From the IMG/VR virus record IMGVR_UViG_3300020045_013092, positions 1 through 36,725 of that record: 36,725 nucleotides of DNA; one strand, written 5' to 3'. Each line of letters starts with the position of its first letter. The first letter of the stretch is position 1. Positions 26,726 to 34,443 of the stretch are shown piece by piece. Both the position numbers and the translations under genes were made by a program. Source of the DNA: a virus (Duplodnaviria > Caudoviricetes). The notes under the pieces were generated by a model, which did not search any database, was not told where the DNA came from, and was given only the letters and a program-made list of their open reading frames with translations.

Positions 26726-26877
26726 AGTACACCTGCCTTTTTAAGTAGCGCTTTAAATTCATATTTTCTAACAACTCGTTCTTGATATTCTTTGTAGATC
26801 GCATCAATCTCATCTTCAGAATATGACACTTCTTCATCTTCTAGTTCTTCAATCATGTAATTTTCAACCATCATCAT
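26722..26877 (-). CDS. Acidic mini-protein (51 aa, not in ORF track), first early gene
   Basis: MMMVENYMIEELEDEEVSYSEDEIDAIYKEYQERVVRKYEFKALLKKAGVL; AAGGA RBS. Confidence 0.65.
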   Translation of the reverse strand: MMMVENYMIEELEDEEVSYSEDEIDAIYKEYQERVVRKYEFKALLKKAGVL

Positions 26878-26929
26878 TTTTTGTCCTTGATTTGTTATTC
26901 ACTTTATAGCTATGATGCTTATATCGAAT

Positions 26930-26958
26930 AATGTAACCAATTACATATATTAATGCAA
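26930..26958 (-). promoter_or_regulatory. Leftward early promoter overlapped by a palindromic operator
   Basis: TTGCAT-17-TACATT on the minus strand; ATGTAA-CCAA-TTACAT palindrome at 26931-26946. Confidence 0.55.
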
Positions 26959-26999
26959 GAAGTTTAGAAAAAAAAGTGAAAAAAACAGGAGATCACGAG

Positions 27000-27209
27000 A
27001 TGAAACTTAAGGAATATTTTGATACACACCCTATAAATGTGGTTGATTTTTGCAAAATGGCTAGTGTGAGCCCTAACACGGTATATGACTTGTTAAAAGA
27101 GAAAAGAGATATACATTTAAGCGCTGCTGTTAGGATTTCTGAAATGACTGACAAGAAAGTAAAATGTCATGAACTTTTGCCCGAGCGTTTTAAGAACAAA
27201 AAAAAATAG
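27000..27209 (+). CDS. Cro/XRE-like HTH regulator
   Basis: MKLKEYF...FCKMASVSPNTVYDLL......LSAAVRI...T...V...ELL; AGGAG RBS. Confidence 0.8.
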   Translation: MKLKEYFDTHPINVVDFCKMASVSPNTVYDLLKEKRDIHLSAAVRISEMTDKKVKCHELLPERFKNKKK

Positions 27210-27424
27210 CTCTAGATTTTTAAGCCTAGAGCTAAATTCATCTTTTTCTAGCAAGGACTATCTCTTACGCATGAGTAATTCAAAATACCCTAGAGACCGC
27301 CTCTAGGGACATTTGATAAGACCCATTGCCATTGAAAGATATATATTTTTAAAATTTTAAGAAAGAAAATTCTTGTGAAAGAGATAATTTTTTGATAAAA
27401 GGAATAATTTCCTCTAGGATACGA

Positions 27425-27697
27425 ATGGAATCGCAGAAAGAATTTATCAATCAACTTAAAGAAATGCAGAAAGCTTTTTCTGACTTATATGATTTAAACA
27501 AGTCGTGCATGTCAGAGATTATGATGTTTAGAAAAAAAACGATTGAAAAAACTAAATTTCGTAACTGTAAGGAAAAGAATTGGTTCACTGATATTTTGAT
27601 TAACCACGAGTGTGGAATTAATGATATCGATGAATATGTGAAGATTATGCTTAAAGGCTACCGAAAAAACACCAAAGAAAAAGCATGCAACTTATAG
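27425..27697 (+). CDS. Hypothetical protein
   Basis: AGGA RBS before ATG 27425. Confidence 0.55.
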   Translation: MESQKEFINQLKEMQKAFSDLYDLNKSCMSEIMMFRKKTIEKTKFRNCKEKNWFTDILINHECGINDIDEYVKIMLKGYRKNTKEKACNL

Positions 27698-27704
27698 AAA
27701 ATAG

Positions 27705-27730
27705 AAAGGACAGCTTGCCGGCTGTCCTTT
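27705..27730. terminator. Bidirectional-looking intrinsic terminator upstream of the initiator
   Basis: AAAGGACAGC-TTGCCG-GCTGTCCTTT. Confidence 0.7.
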
Positions 27731-27817
27731 TCTGGGGGCCAAAACAATCAATATGTACTTCACATTGTATTGGTTTCCAGCTTTTTTATGCAATAACTAA
27801 AAAACAAGGAAATCATT

Positions 27818-28687
27818 ATGTCGTTCATATCAGGTCATTCACATAGTTTAGATACAGGAATAGCCAGGGAATTAGGGCTTCATTGCGCTATCATTTACAA
27901 TCACATTGTTTATTGGTTGAGAATTAATGCCGCCAAAGGACAAGGGATTATAAACGGCGTTGTGTGGATGTATGAAAGTCAGCAGCAAATTGCTGATTTT
28001 CTAGACTATCTTTCATTAGATGAAATCAAAAAAGCCATCCCAAAACTTATCGATTCAGGATTAATAATAAAAGGTAACCATAACAAGAATCCTTTTGACA
28101 AAACTGCATGGTATACAGTGGCGGATACCAGTATTTTTCAAAAAAGTTTTACGAAAGTGCCAATCGGCACGATCGATGATGCCAATCCGCACGATCCATT
28201 GTGCCCTACGGCACCATGTATAAATAAAGAACAACTCTTTTCTAAAGAAAAGAGAAAACAACAACAACAAAAGAGAAAGGTCGCTAAAGCTCCCGTTGTT
28301 GTTGATTCTTCTGAAGAACAAAAAAGAGAAGAGGATGCAGATGCGGCTGCCACTCAGTACATCAACTCAGAGATAAAAAAAGGAAATCGAGTGAATGAAA
28401 CTCGTATCAGGAAACAGGCATTGAAGGAGGGTTGGAAGCCTAACACGGAGCATAGCGGTAAAGCTCTAGCTAGTTTCTTCCAAAACAAAAAAACCTATAT
28501 GGGAGTCGATGCAATTTGTTTTGAATGCCTGGTAAATGATAAGCGTATTTCTTTTCTAAATCTTAGTTACCCCTCATATCAGCCCTTAGGAGTAGATTTA
28601 AAATCCCCAACTTTTAGAGCTGATTTTGAGAAACTTTTACAAAAATTAGACTTGATGTGGGTCGTAGAAACACTAGGTAAAAAATAA
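27818..28687 (+). CDS. Phage replication initiator (N-terminal winged helix)
   Basis: HS.D..IA..LG...AII...I.YW...N...W.Y.S....A..L.YLS...I......L...GLI.KGN.NK..FDKT.WY; internal iterons. Confidence 0.75.
   Translation: MSFISGHSHSLDTGIARELGLHCAIIYNHIVYWLRINAAKGQGIINGVVWMYESQQQIADFLDYLSLDEIKKAIPKLIDSGLIIKGNHNKNPFDKTAWYTVADTSIFQKSFTKVPIGTIDDANPHDPLCPTAPCINKEQLFSKEKRKQQQQKRKVAKAPVVVDSSEEQKREEDADAAATQYINSEIKKGNRVNETRIRKQALKEGWKPNTEHSGKALASFFQNKKTYMGVDAICFECLVNDKRISFLNLSYPSYQPLGVDLKSPTFRADFEKLLQKLDLMWVVETLGKK
28157..28222. repeat. Three 22-bp iterons (putative origin of replication)
   Basis: GTGCCAATCGGCACGATCGATG / ATGCCAATCCGCACGATCCATT / GTGCCCTACGGCACCATGTATA, followed by an A-rich tract. 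Confidence 0.75.
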
Positions 28688-28695
28688 GAGGAATT

Positions 28696-28908
28696 ATGCT
28701 TTTTACAATGCCTTATGGTGAATCATTAAAAATTCAGTGCAGTGAAGATGACGTTGATTTCTCAAGCGATCAAGAGGTAGACGGAGTATTTTACCAAGTG
28801 GTTTGGGGTGAAAAGAAAATGCCTTGGGTCTGCAACACAAGAAATCAAGCTTACTCTCTGGCATTAGGTGTTCAGTGGGGAGCTTACCGAATGATGGAAA
28901 AACTTTAA
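28696..28908 (+). CDS. Hypothetical protein
   Basis: GAGG RBS; 70 aa. Confidence 0.55.
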   Translation: MLFTMPYGESLKIQCSEDDVDFSSDQEVDGVFYQVVWGEKKMPWVCNTRNQAYSLALGVQWGAYRMMEKL

Positions 28909-29159
28909 TGAAGAAAGAATTAGAAGATTACCTTTGGGATAGAATTTCATGGATTGATGAATTGGGAAAAAAAGATAACAGATTTCCTTACGATATCATC
29001 GAGGAAATGTTTAAATTAGGAATGATTAAAAATCGTAAACAGGCTTGGGCAACTCTAGAAAAATGGACAACAAAAAGAATTTACGAGTATGGAAGTCGAT
29101 TAGATTTAGGTTGGAAAATTCCTAACAGAAAAACTTTAGGTGAAAAACATGAGTCTTGA
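28908..29159 (+). CDS. Hypothetical protein
   Basis: TAATG-coupled start MKKELED. Confidence 0.55.
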   Translation: MKKELEDYLWDRISWIDELGKKDNRFPYDIIEEMFKLGMIKNRKQAWATLEKWTTKRIYEYGSRLDLGWKIPNRKTLGEKHES

Positions 29160-29249
29160 TATACATTATTTTAAAACGGAGGATTCAGATATCGTTGGAG
29201 GATCTTTTGTTTAAATTTTATTGTATTTTATTATTTAAGGATTTAAATT

Positions 29250-29480
29250 ATGGATTTTCCAGACTCTCAGTATGAAATAATAGTGGATAAGTTGAACTTT
29301 ACTAGGGATTTTTCAAATATTATGAAATCCATGAGCATAGATATTCCAACCTCAATGATGAAAAGAGCCTTAAATGAAGAAAAATTCAAAGAATTCTCTG
29401 AAAGAAAAAGAGAAACACTTGTTGATCATTTCACAAAACAGCGTGAGAGATTTAAAAACAAAGCAGCTGGACTTACATGA
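29250..29480 (+). CDS. Hypothetical protein
   Basis: AAGGA RBS; 76 aa. Confidence 0.55.
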   Translation: MDFPDSQYEIIVDKLNFTRDFSNIMKSMSIDIPTSMMKRALNEEKFKEFSERKRETLVDHFTKQRERFKNKAAGLT

Positions 29481-29509
29481 ACAACTTTGGCCTGAGAGGT
29501 TTTTGAAGA

Positions 29510-29668
29510 ATGAAAAATGAATGCTGGAAAAGAGAACTGGAGAAGATTTGGGATCATATGGATCAGAAATATGAACAAAAACGAACAGATTTGACTTTAC
29601 AGACCATAAAAGACAAAAAACATGTAAAGACTCAAGAAATTGAAGATATAGTCTTAAAACGCAAATGA
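29510..29668 (+). CDS. Hypothetical (52 aa, not in ORF track)
   Basis: MKNECWKRELEKIW...; abuts the next ATG. Confidence 0.45.
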   Translation: MKNECWKRELEKIWDHMDQKYEQKRTDLTLQTIKDKKHVKTQEIEDIVLKRK

Positions 29669-29890
29669 ATGGGGTTTTTCGGAATGCTTTGGACGAATGT
29701 AAGAACTAAACAGGCTCCTTTATGGCAATGGGTGTATGTTAGAGCTCATGCATCGGAAGAATTTTATTACCCCGCTTTTAGGACTATTTTTGGTAAATGG
29801 AAATTTAAGAGCGGTTTTTACGGAAAAATTGATCAGCATAATGTTTGGTGTAACATAAGCACATACAAAAACCGTACTTGTTTCAAATAA
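29669..29890 (+). CDS. Hypothetical protein
   Basis: 73 aa, coupled to RusA. Confidence 0.5.
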   Translation: MGFFGMLWTNVRTKQAPLWQWVYVRAHASEEFYYPAFRTIFGKWKFKSGFYGKIDQHNVWCNISTYKNRTCFK

Positions 29891-30573
29891 TGAGTGATTT
29901 TAGAAACATGATAAAAATAATTTTACCAGGCGAGCCAGTTTCACGTGTAAGTCCTACTTTTTCTAGGTATTGCACTTACGACTCTCAAAAAAATCTAATT
30001 CATGCCGCTAAGTTTCAAGTTTTAGATCAAATAGGTAAAAATCCTATATTTCCTTACCATAAGAATATTCCTGTTGATATTGATTTTACATTTTTCTTTC
30101 CAGTTCCTAAATCAAAAGAAAATATTTTTCAATGGGGTCTTCTTCCTCACATTGATACTCCGGACGTTGATAATATTTTAAAATTCTATTGCGATGTGCT
30201 AAAGAAAATTGTCTTTACTGATGATAGGCAAATTGACAAAATTACTGCTTTCAAAGGCTATGATATAAACCCTAGAACGGAGATTTTAATAGTGACAAAA
30301 CCATGCACAGTTTCAGATCAAGTCAAGGAAGTTCTTTCAATTATATCTCCTAAAGAAATTTCAGGAATTTCTGATTATTTAAGTGCTATTGGAGATTGGA
30401 CAGAACACCATGAAAATCCTTTTCACTTAAAAGATGAATTCAATATCGATTATGAAGAAATAGCTATGTTAATTCTTGAATTTTCTGAAAAATACGCTGA
30501 TATTCTAAAAAAACTTAACAAAAAATTCCCTGGTTTGTCTAAAGTTCTGAAAGAGAGAATGGAAAGTAAATAA
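29890..30573 (+). CDS. rusA: RusA-family Holliday junction resolvase with C-terminal extension
   Basis: LPGEPVS, F.F..PKS, PDVDNILK...D.L....FTDDRQI....K.Y...PRTEI. Confidence 0.85.
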   Translation: MSDFRNMIKIILPGEPVSRVSPTFSRYCTYDSQKNLIHAAKFQVLDQIGKNPIFPYHKNIPVDIDFTFFFPVPKSKENIFQWGLLPHIDTPDVDNILKFYCDVLKKIVFTDDRQIDKITAFKGYDINPRTEILIVTKPCTVSDQVKEVLSIISPKEISGISDYLSAIGDWTEHHENPFHLKDEFNIDYEEIAMLILEFSEKYADILKKLNKKFPGLSKVLKERMESK

Positions 30574-30944
30574 TGCCTGATTTTTACCAAAATACCATAA
30601 GAGTTTCCAAAAAATTTCAAGTCGCAAATCTATTTTTGAAAGAAGAAGATCCGGGCGATAATTTTCAGATGTCTGAATGGAAGGATTACAAGTTTTTTTC
30701 TCCAGATACCACTACTGCAATTATCTGCTTGGCTAAGAAAAAAAATAATGAAATCTTTAAAGCGATATATTTTTTTAATGGATATCCTATCAACTGGTGT
30801 ACTTACGAAGAAGGGTATGCTTTTCCCGATAATCAGATTAAAGAATGGGCCTATATTACACATATAGGGGGTCAAGATCGAAAAGATGTCAAAGAATGGA
30901 AAAAAGTTAGATCTGAATCAAAAATGAGTGAGGGTAATTTATGA
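30573..30944 (+). CDS. Hypothetical protein
   Basis: TAATG-coupled; 123 aa. Confidence 0.55.
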   Translation: MPDFYQNTIRVSKKFQVANLFLKEEDPGDNFQMSEWKDYKFFSPDTTTAIICLAKKKNNEIFKAIYFFNGYPINWCTYEEGYAFPDNQIKEWAYITHIGGQDRKDVKEWKKVRSESKMSEGNL

Positions 30945-31168
30945 AAGATATCTCTAGTTATATAGGGTTATCCCTACTTTTAGCTATAAGTGCATATATG
31001 TGCGCTTCATGCTCTCTATGCTATCAAAATGTGTCAGTTCATGGAAATGCGTCCATTGGATTAGATGAAGATAAGAAAAGTGATAATCTCACTAGGTCAA
31101 ATACAATGGTTAGGCTTTCTAATATGCCTTGGCATTCTTTTGAAAACGAAACAGAATCAAGCAAATAA
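30941..31168 (+). CDS. Putative lipoprotein/membrane protein
   Basis: Hydrophobic N-terminus ending CASC (lipobox-like). Confidence 0.5.
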   Translation: MKDISSYIGLSLLLAISAYMCASCSLCYQNVSVHGNASIGLDEDKKSDNLTRSNTMVRLSNMPWHSFENETESSK

Positions 31169-31176
31169 GAGGAAAA

Positions 31177-31308
31177 ATGGATAAGAAAATTAAATCAATC
31201 ATGAAAGACACAAAAAAACTTGAGAAAAAAGAGTCTAATCTACTCAAGACTGACAAAAAAATGGATAAGAAGATGGAAAAATGCAAAATGGAAATGAAGA
31301 AAAAGTGA
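31177..31308 (+). CDS. Lys/Met-rich peptide (43 aa, not in ORF track)
   Basis: MDKKIKSIMKDTKKLEKKESNLLKTDKKMDKKMEKCKMEMKKK; GAGG RBS. Confidence 0.6.
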   Translation: MDKKIKSIMKDTKKLEKKESNLLKTDKKMDKKMEKCKMEMKKK

Positions 31309-31571
31309 ATACCCAATTATCCTTCAAGGATGCTTTATTTTTATTAGAAAAAATGAGATTTCCTCCTCCATTGAATGAGAAATTTCTGAACGCTCTCAAA
31401 CATTATCATGAAAAAAAGGAAATGAATTAATGCTATGCGAAAAGTGTAAAAATCCACTAACCCTTATGGGAGGAAGGTTCTTGGATATGTTTATTGATTG
31501 GTGGGAATGCCCGGTGTGTGATATTTCTCAGGAAAATAAACATTCTACAGGTAAACATGATCCAAAAAAAC

Positions 31572-31757
31572 ATGAGAGAAAAAGAAAAACCTAAAAGATG
31601 GATGTTTCAAATTCCTAGGGAAGGGTTTCTTGATCTTATTTTAGAATATAACGATCATTTCAATTTAGAGGATTCCAAAAAAATAACCTCTACTCAAGCT
31701 CTCAATTTCATTGATAACTTTACTAGAAAGCACTTTGTGGATTATAATGAGTTATAA
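31572..31757 (+). CDS. Hypothetical protein
   Basis: Likely start MREKEKP within the called ORF. Confidence 0.45.
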   Translation: MREKEKPKRWMFQIPREGFLDLILEYNDHFNLEDSKKITSTQALNFIDNFTRKHFVDYNEL

Positions 31758-31802
31758 TATAATTTAATTATGAAAAGAAATATCTATATATACGGAATTT
31801 AA

Positions 31803-31967
31803 ATGACTTGGATATTTGATAAAGACAACATGAAATACCTAAGAGATGTCAGAAAAAAACACGGAAATGTCTCTGTTTCTTGGCTTATTCGTAAATACAA
31901 ATACACGCATGAACAAACTAAAAATGTCAGAGATTCTCTGAAAAGAACATTAAAATTATGCGATTAA
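31803..31967 (+). CDS. Stand-alone FtsK-gamma-like winged-helix mini-protein (54 aa, not in ORF track)
   Basis: KHGNVSVSWLIRKYKY aligns by eye with the gamma-domain pattern (E. coli EKRKASISGVQRQFRI); weak GGA RBS. Confidence 0.45.
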   Translation: MTWIFDKDNMKYLRDVRKKHGNVSVSWLIRKYKYTHEQTKNVRDSLKRTLKLCD

Positions 31968-32027
31968 AATTAAATATTATAGATTTAAATGTATTGATAG
32001 TCTCACAATATATCTAGAACGTTGTTT

Positions 32028-32055
32028 TTGCAACAAAATTTACATTATCAGACGT
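32028..32055 (-). other. dif-like XerC/XerD site
   Basis: Minus strand ACGTCTGATAA-TGTAAA-TTTTGTTGCAA versus E. coli dif GGTGCGCATAA-TGTATA-TTATGTTAAAT: 17/28 overall, 15/17 in the core; intergenic. Confidence 0.55.
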
Positions 32056-32081
32056 AACAATGAAATCATTTTGAATGTCCA

Positions 32082-32459
32082 TTAATTTTTCAGGATTAGA
32101 CTCAATAGAGATATCAACGACAAAAGATCATACTGATTTACTGGTGTTTGCTTAACATAGGATGGCAAATTCTCTATATTTTTAGCCATCTCATCTAACA
32201 TTTTTATCAGATCTTCTTTAGAGGGTTTGCTTTCTATGTAAAGCGGATTTACATCCTCTTTTTCTTTTTCTTTTACTGTAACTTTAATTTCGTTTCCTTC
32301 ATCGTCTATTCGTATAATATTATTTAGGTCGTTAGCATAGACTTTCATCCCATCTACGCAGTCTAGAGCGATTTCTCCACATCTACATGATACATAATCT
32401 GTGTTATGAGTGCTTTCAATTATGGAGTTGCATTTTCTACATTTAGCTCGGTTTTTCAT
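32082..32459 (-). CDS. Zn-finger hypothetical phage protein
   Basis: NRAKCRKC..IIES.H..DYV.C.CG.IALD. Confidence 0.7.
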   Translation of the reverse strand: MKNRAKCRKCNSIIESTHNTDYVSCRCGEIALDCVDGMKVYANDLNNIIRIDDEGNEIKVTVKEKEKEDVNPLYIESKPSKEDLIKMLDEMAKNIENLPSYVKQTPVNQYDLLSLISLLSLILKN

Positions 32460-32625
32460 TTTTTAAAATTCCCCAATGTTTTACACCTATACATATAAGA
32501 AAATTTGCCGTATATCAGGCAAAGTATATAAGTTCCCACGATAGGTATCCTAAATTTGAAATATTTCATTTAAATAATGTTTTGGTTATCCTGCAAATAA
32601 GAATAATAAAACAAAAGGGTACCAT

Positions 32626-33108
32626 ATGCCTGCGCCGAAAGGAAATAAAAATGCTTTGGGATGTGAAAATTCAGGAAGACCGCCCGTTGATTTGCAAAAA
32701 ATGGCTAAAGAATTGATAGAATGGTCTTATCAACCTGATGCATTAAACTTAATTGGATTTAGTTCTCCAAGAAGAATGAGTGTTACTAAATTGCCAGAAT
32801 GGGCTGATCGTGATGTTGAATTTAGGGAGGCGCTAACTATTGCAAAAGAAAATATTGGACAAAATAGATTTAAAGCTGCAAATAATGGAACTATGATACA
32901 ACAATTCTTTACTAGATCAGAAGGTATGTATGATCCTCTTCATCATCGATATGATAGGGCTGAGAAAAAGTTTGAATCTGACTTAAGAAAGCAAGAAGAA
33001 GGATCCAAAGCAACAACCATTAACTTACAGGTTCCTCATGACCTTGCAGCTGGAATTAACCTTCCAACCAAGACCTTATCAAACAAAGATATTGAAAGCT
33101 CTGAATGA
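32626..33108 (+). CDS. terS: Terminase small subunit
   Basis: MPAPKGNKNALG...GRP N-terminus; overlaps terL. Confidence 0.75.
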   Translation: MPAPKGNKNALGCENSGRPPVDLQKMAKELIEWSYQPDALNLIGFSSPRRMSVTKLPEWADRDVEFREALTIAKENIGQNRFKAANNGTMIQQFFTRSEGMYDPLHHRYDRAEKKFESDLRKQEEGSKATTINLQVPHDLAAGINLPTKTLSNKDIESSE

Positions 33109-34402
33109 AGGAACTAAGCGAGCTGTTTGGGTTGTACATAGAAGGGGCGGCAAAGATGTCACCGCATTTAATTGGTGTATTATGCAGCTCCTACTTAATC
33201 CAGGCTGGACTGCTTTCCATATTCTCCCTACTTATTCACAAGCTAAGAAAGTAATCTGGGATAGCTCAACGAATGACGGAAAACGTATCCTAGATTACAT
33301 TCCTAAACAGGTCATTGAATCTAAAAATGGCCAGGAAATGAAGATAAGGTTCACTAATGGCAGTATGTATCAACTTATTGGATCTGACAATATTGATAGT
33401 CTTGTTGGCACCAATCCTAAAATCATTATTTTTTCAGAATATGCTATCCAATCTCCTGCGGCATGGGAATATCTTCGTCCAATTTTGGACGTCAACAAGG
33501 GTTATGCTCTTTTTATTAGTACTCCTAGGGGTAAAAATCACTTTTATGACCTTGTCTGCATGGCAAGGAATAACCCTAATTGGTATTGTGAGGTGCTTTC
33601 AGTAAGGGACACAGGAGTTCTAAGCGAAGAAGACATAAACCAAATTAGACTAGAAGGTATATCAGATGAATCCATTGAGCAAGAATACTATTGTTCATTC
33701 AACAGAGGCGTTGAGGGTAGCTATTATGGTAGACTTATTGAAAGAGCCCGAGACGAAAAAAGAATATGCAATGTTGCGTATGAAACTCGTTCACCTGTTC
33801 ATACGTCGTGGGATATCGGTTATGGGGATTCTACGAGTATTACTTTCTGGCAAGAGATCGGGGGGGAAGTACGGATAATAGATTTCTACGAAGCTCAAGG
33901 AGAAGGAATAGCACATTATGCGAAAGTTCTACAAAATAAGCCCTACGTATATGGGACGCACTACATGCCTCATGATGCGGGCTCGGGCTCGATTCAAACG
34001 GGTAGGACTTTACAGGATGTCGCATATGAACAAGGTGTTAAGACCACTATCTTGGAAAGGGAAATTGATATTCAAATTGGAATTGAAGCAGTCAGACAAC
34101 TCCTTAGCATTGCATATATTGATGAAACGAAATGCAGACATTTAATCAAATGCTTGGAAAACTATCACAAGAAATATAATGAAAAACAACAATCATACAG
34201 CCAATCTCCTCTGCATGACTGGACTAGCCATGCTGCTGATTCTTGCAGGTATATGGCTAATGCTCGTATCCAATATGGTAGGGGACCTGGCTCGCTTACA
34301 CCTGATAAACTAATGGAATTAAAATCTAGAGCTGGATTCGGACCGAAACAAGTTCCTATTCGCCATCAAGTGATGAATGCTAATCCTTTTCTTGGTAGAT
34401 AA
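33038..34402 (+). CDS. terL: Terminase large subunit
   Basis: PRPYQ, VHRRGGKD (Walker A), IIFSEYA (Walker B), ISTPRG, WDIG..DST, HDWTSHAADS.RY. Confidence 0.95.
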   Translation: MTLQLELTFQPRPYQTKILKALNEGTKRAVWVVHRRGGKDVTAFNWCIMQLLLNPGWTAFHILPTYSQAKKVIWDSSTNDGKRILDYIPKQVIESKNGQEMKIRFTNGSMYQLIGSDNIDSLVGTNPKIIIFSEYAIQSPAAWEYLRPILDVNKGYALFISTPRGKNHFYDLVCMARNNPNWYCEVLSVRDTGVLSEEDINQIRLEGISDESIEQEYYCSFNRGVEGSYYGRLIERARDEKRICNVAYETRSPVHTSWDIGYGDSTSITFWQEIGGEVRIIDFYEAQGEGIAHYAKVLQNKPYVYGTHYMPHDAGSGSIQTGRTLQDVAYEQGVKTTILEREIDIQIGIEAVRQLLSIAYIDETKCRHLIKCLENYHKKYNEKQQSYSQSPLHDWTSHAADSCRYMANARIQYGRGPGSLTPDKLMELKSRAGFGPKQVPIRHQVMNANPFLGR

Positions 34403-34443
34403 TATTTTAAATAGTATAAAGTAGATTTTACAAAGGATAGCTC

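Noticed and set aside
28666-29150. Fourth duplicated gene tail (ETLGKK vs KTLGEK)
   Set aside because: Too short and A-rich to distinguish from chance.
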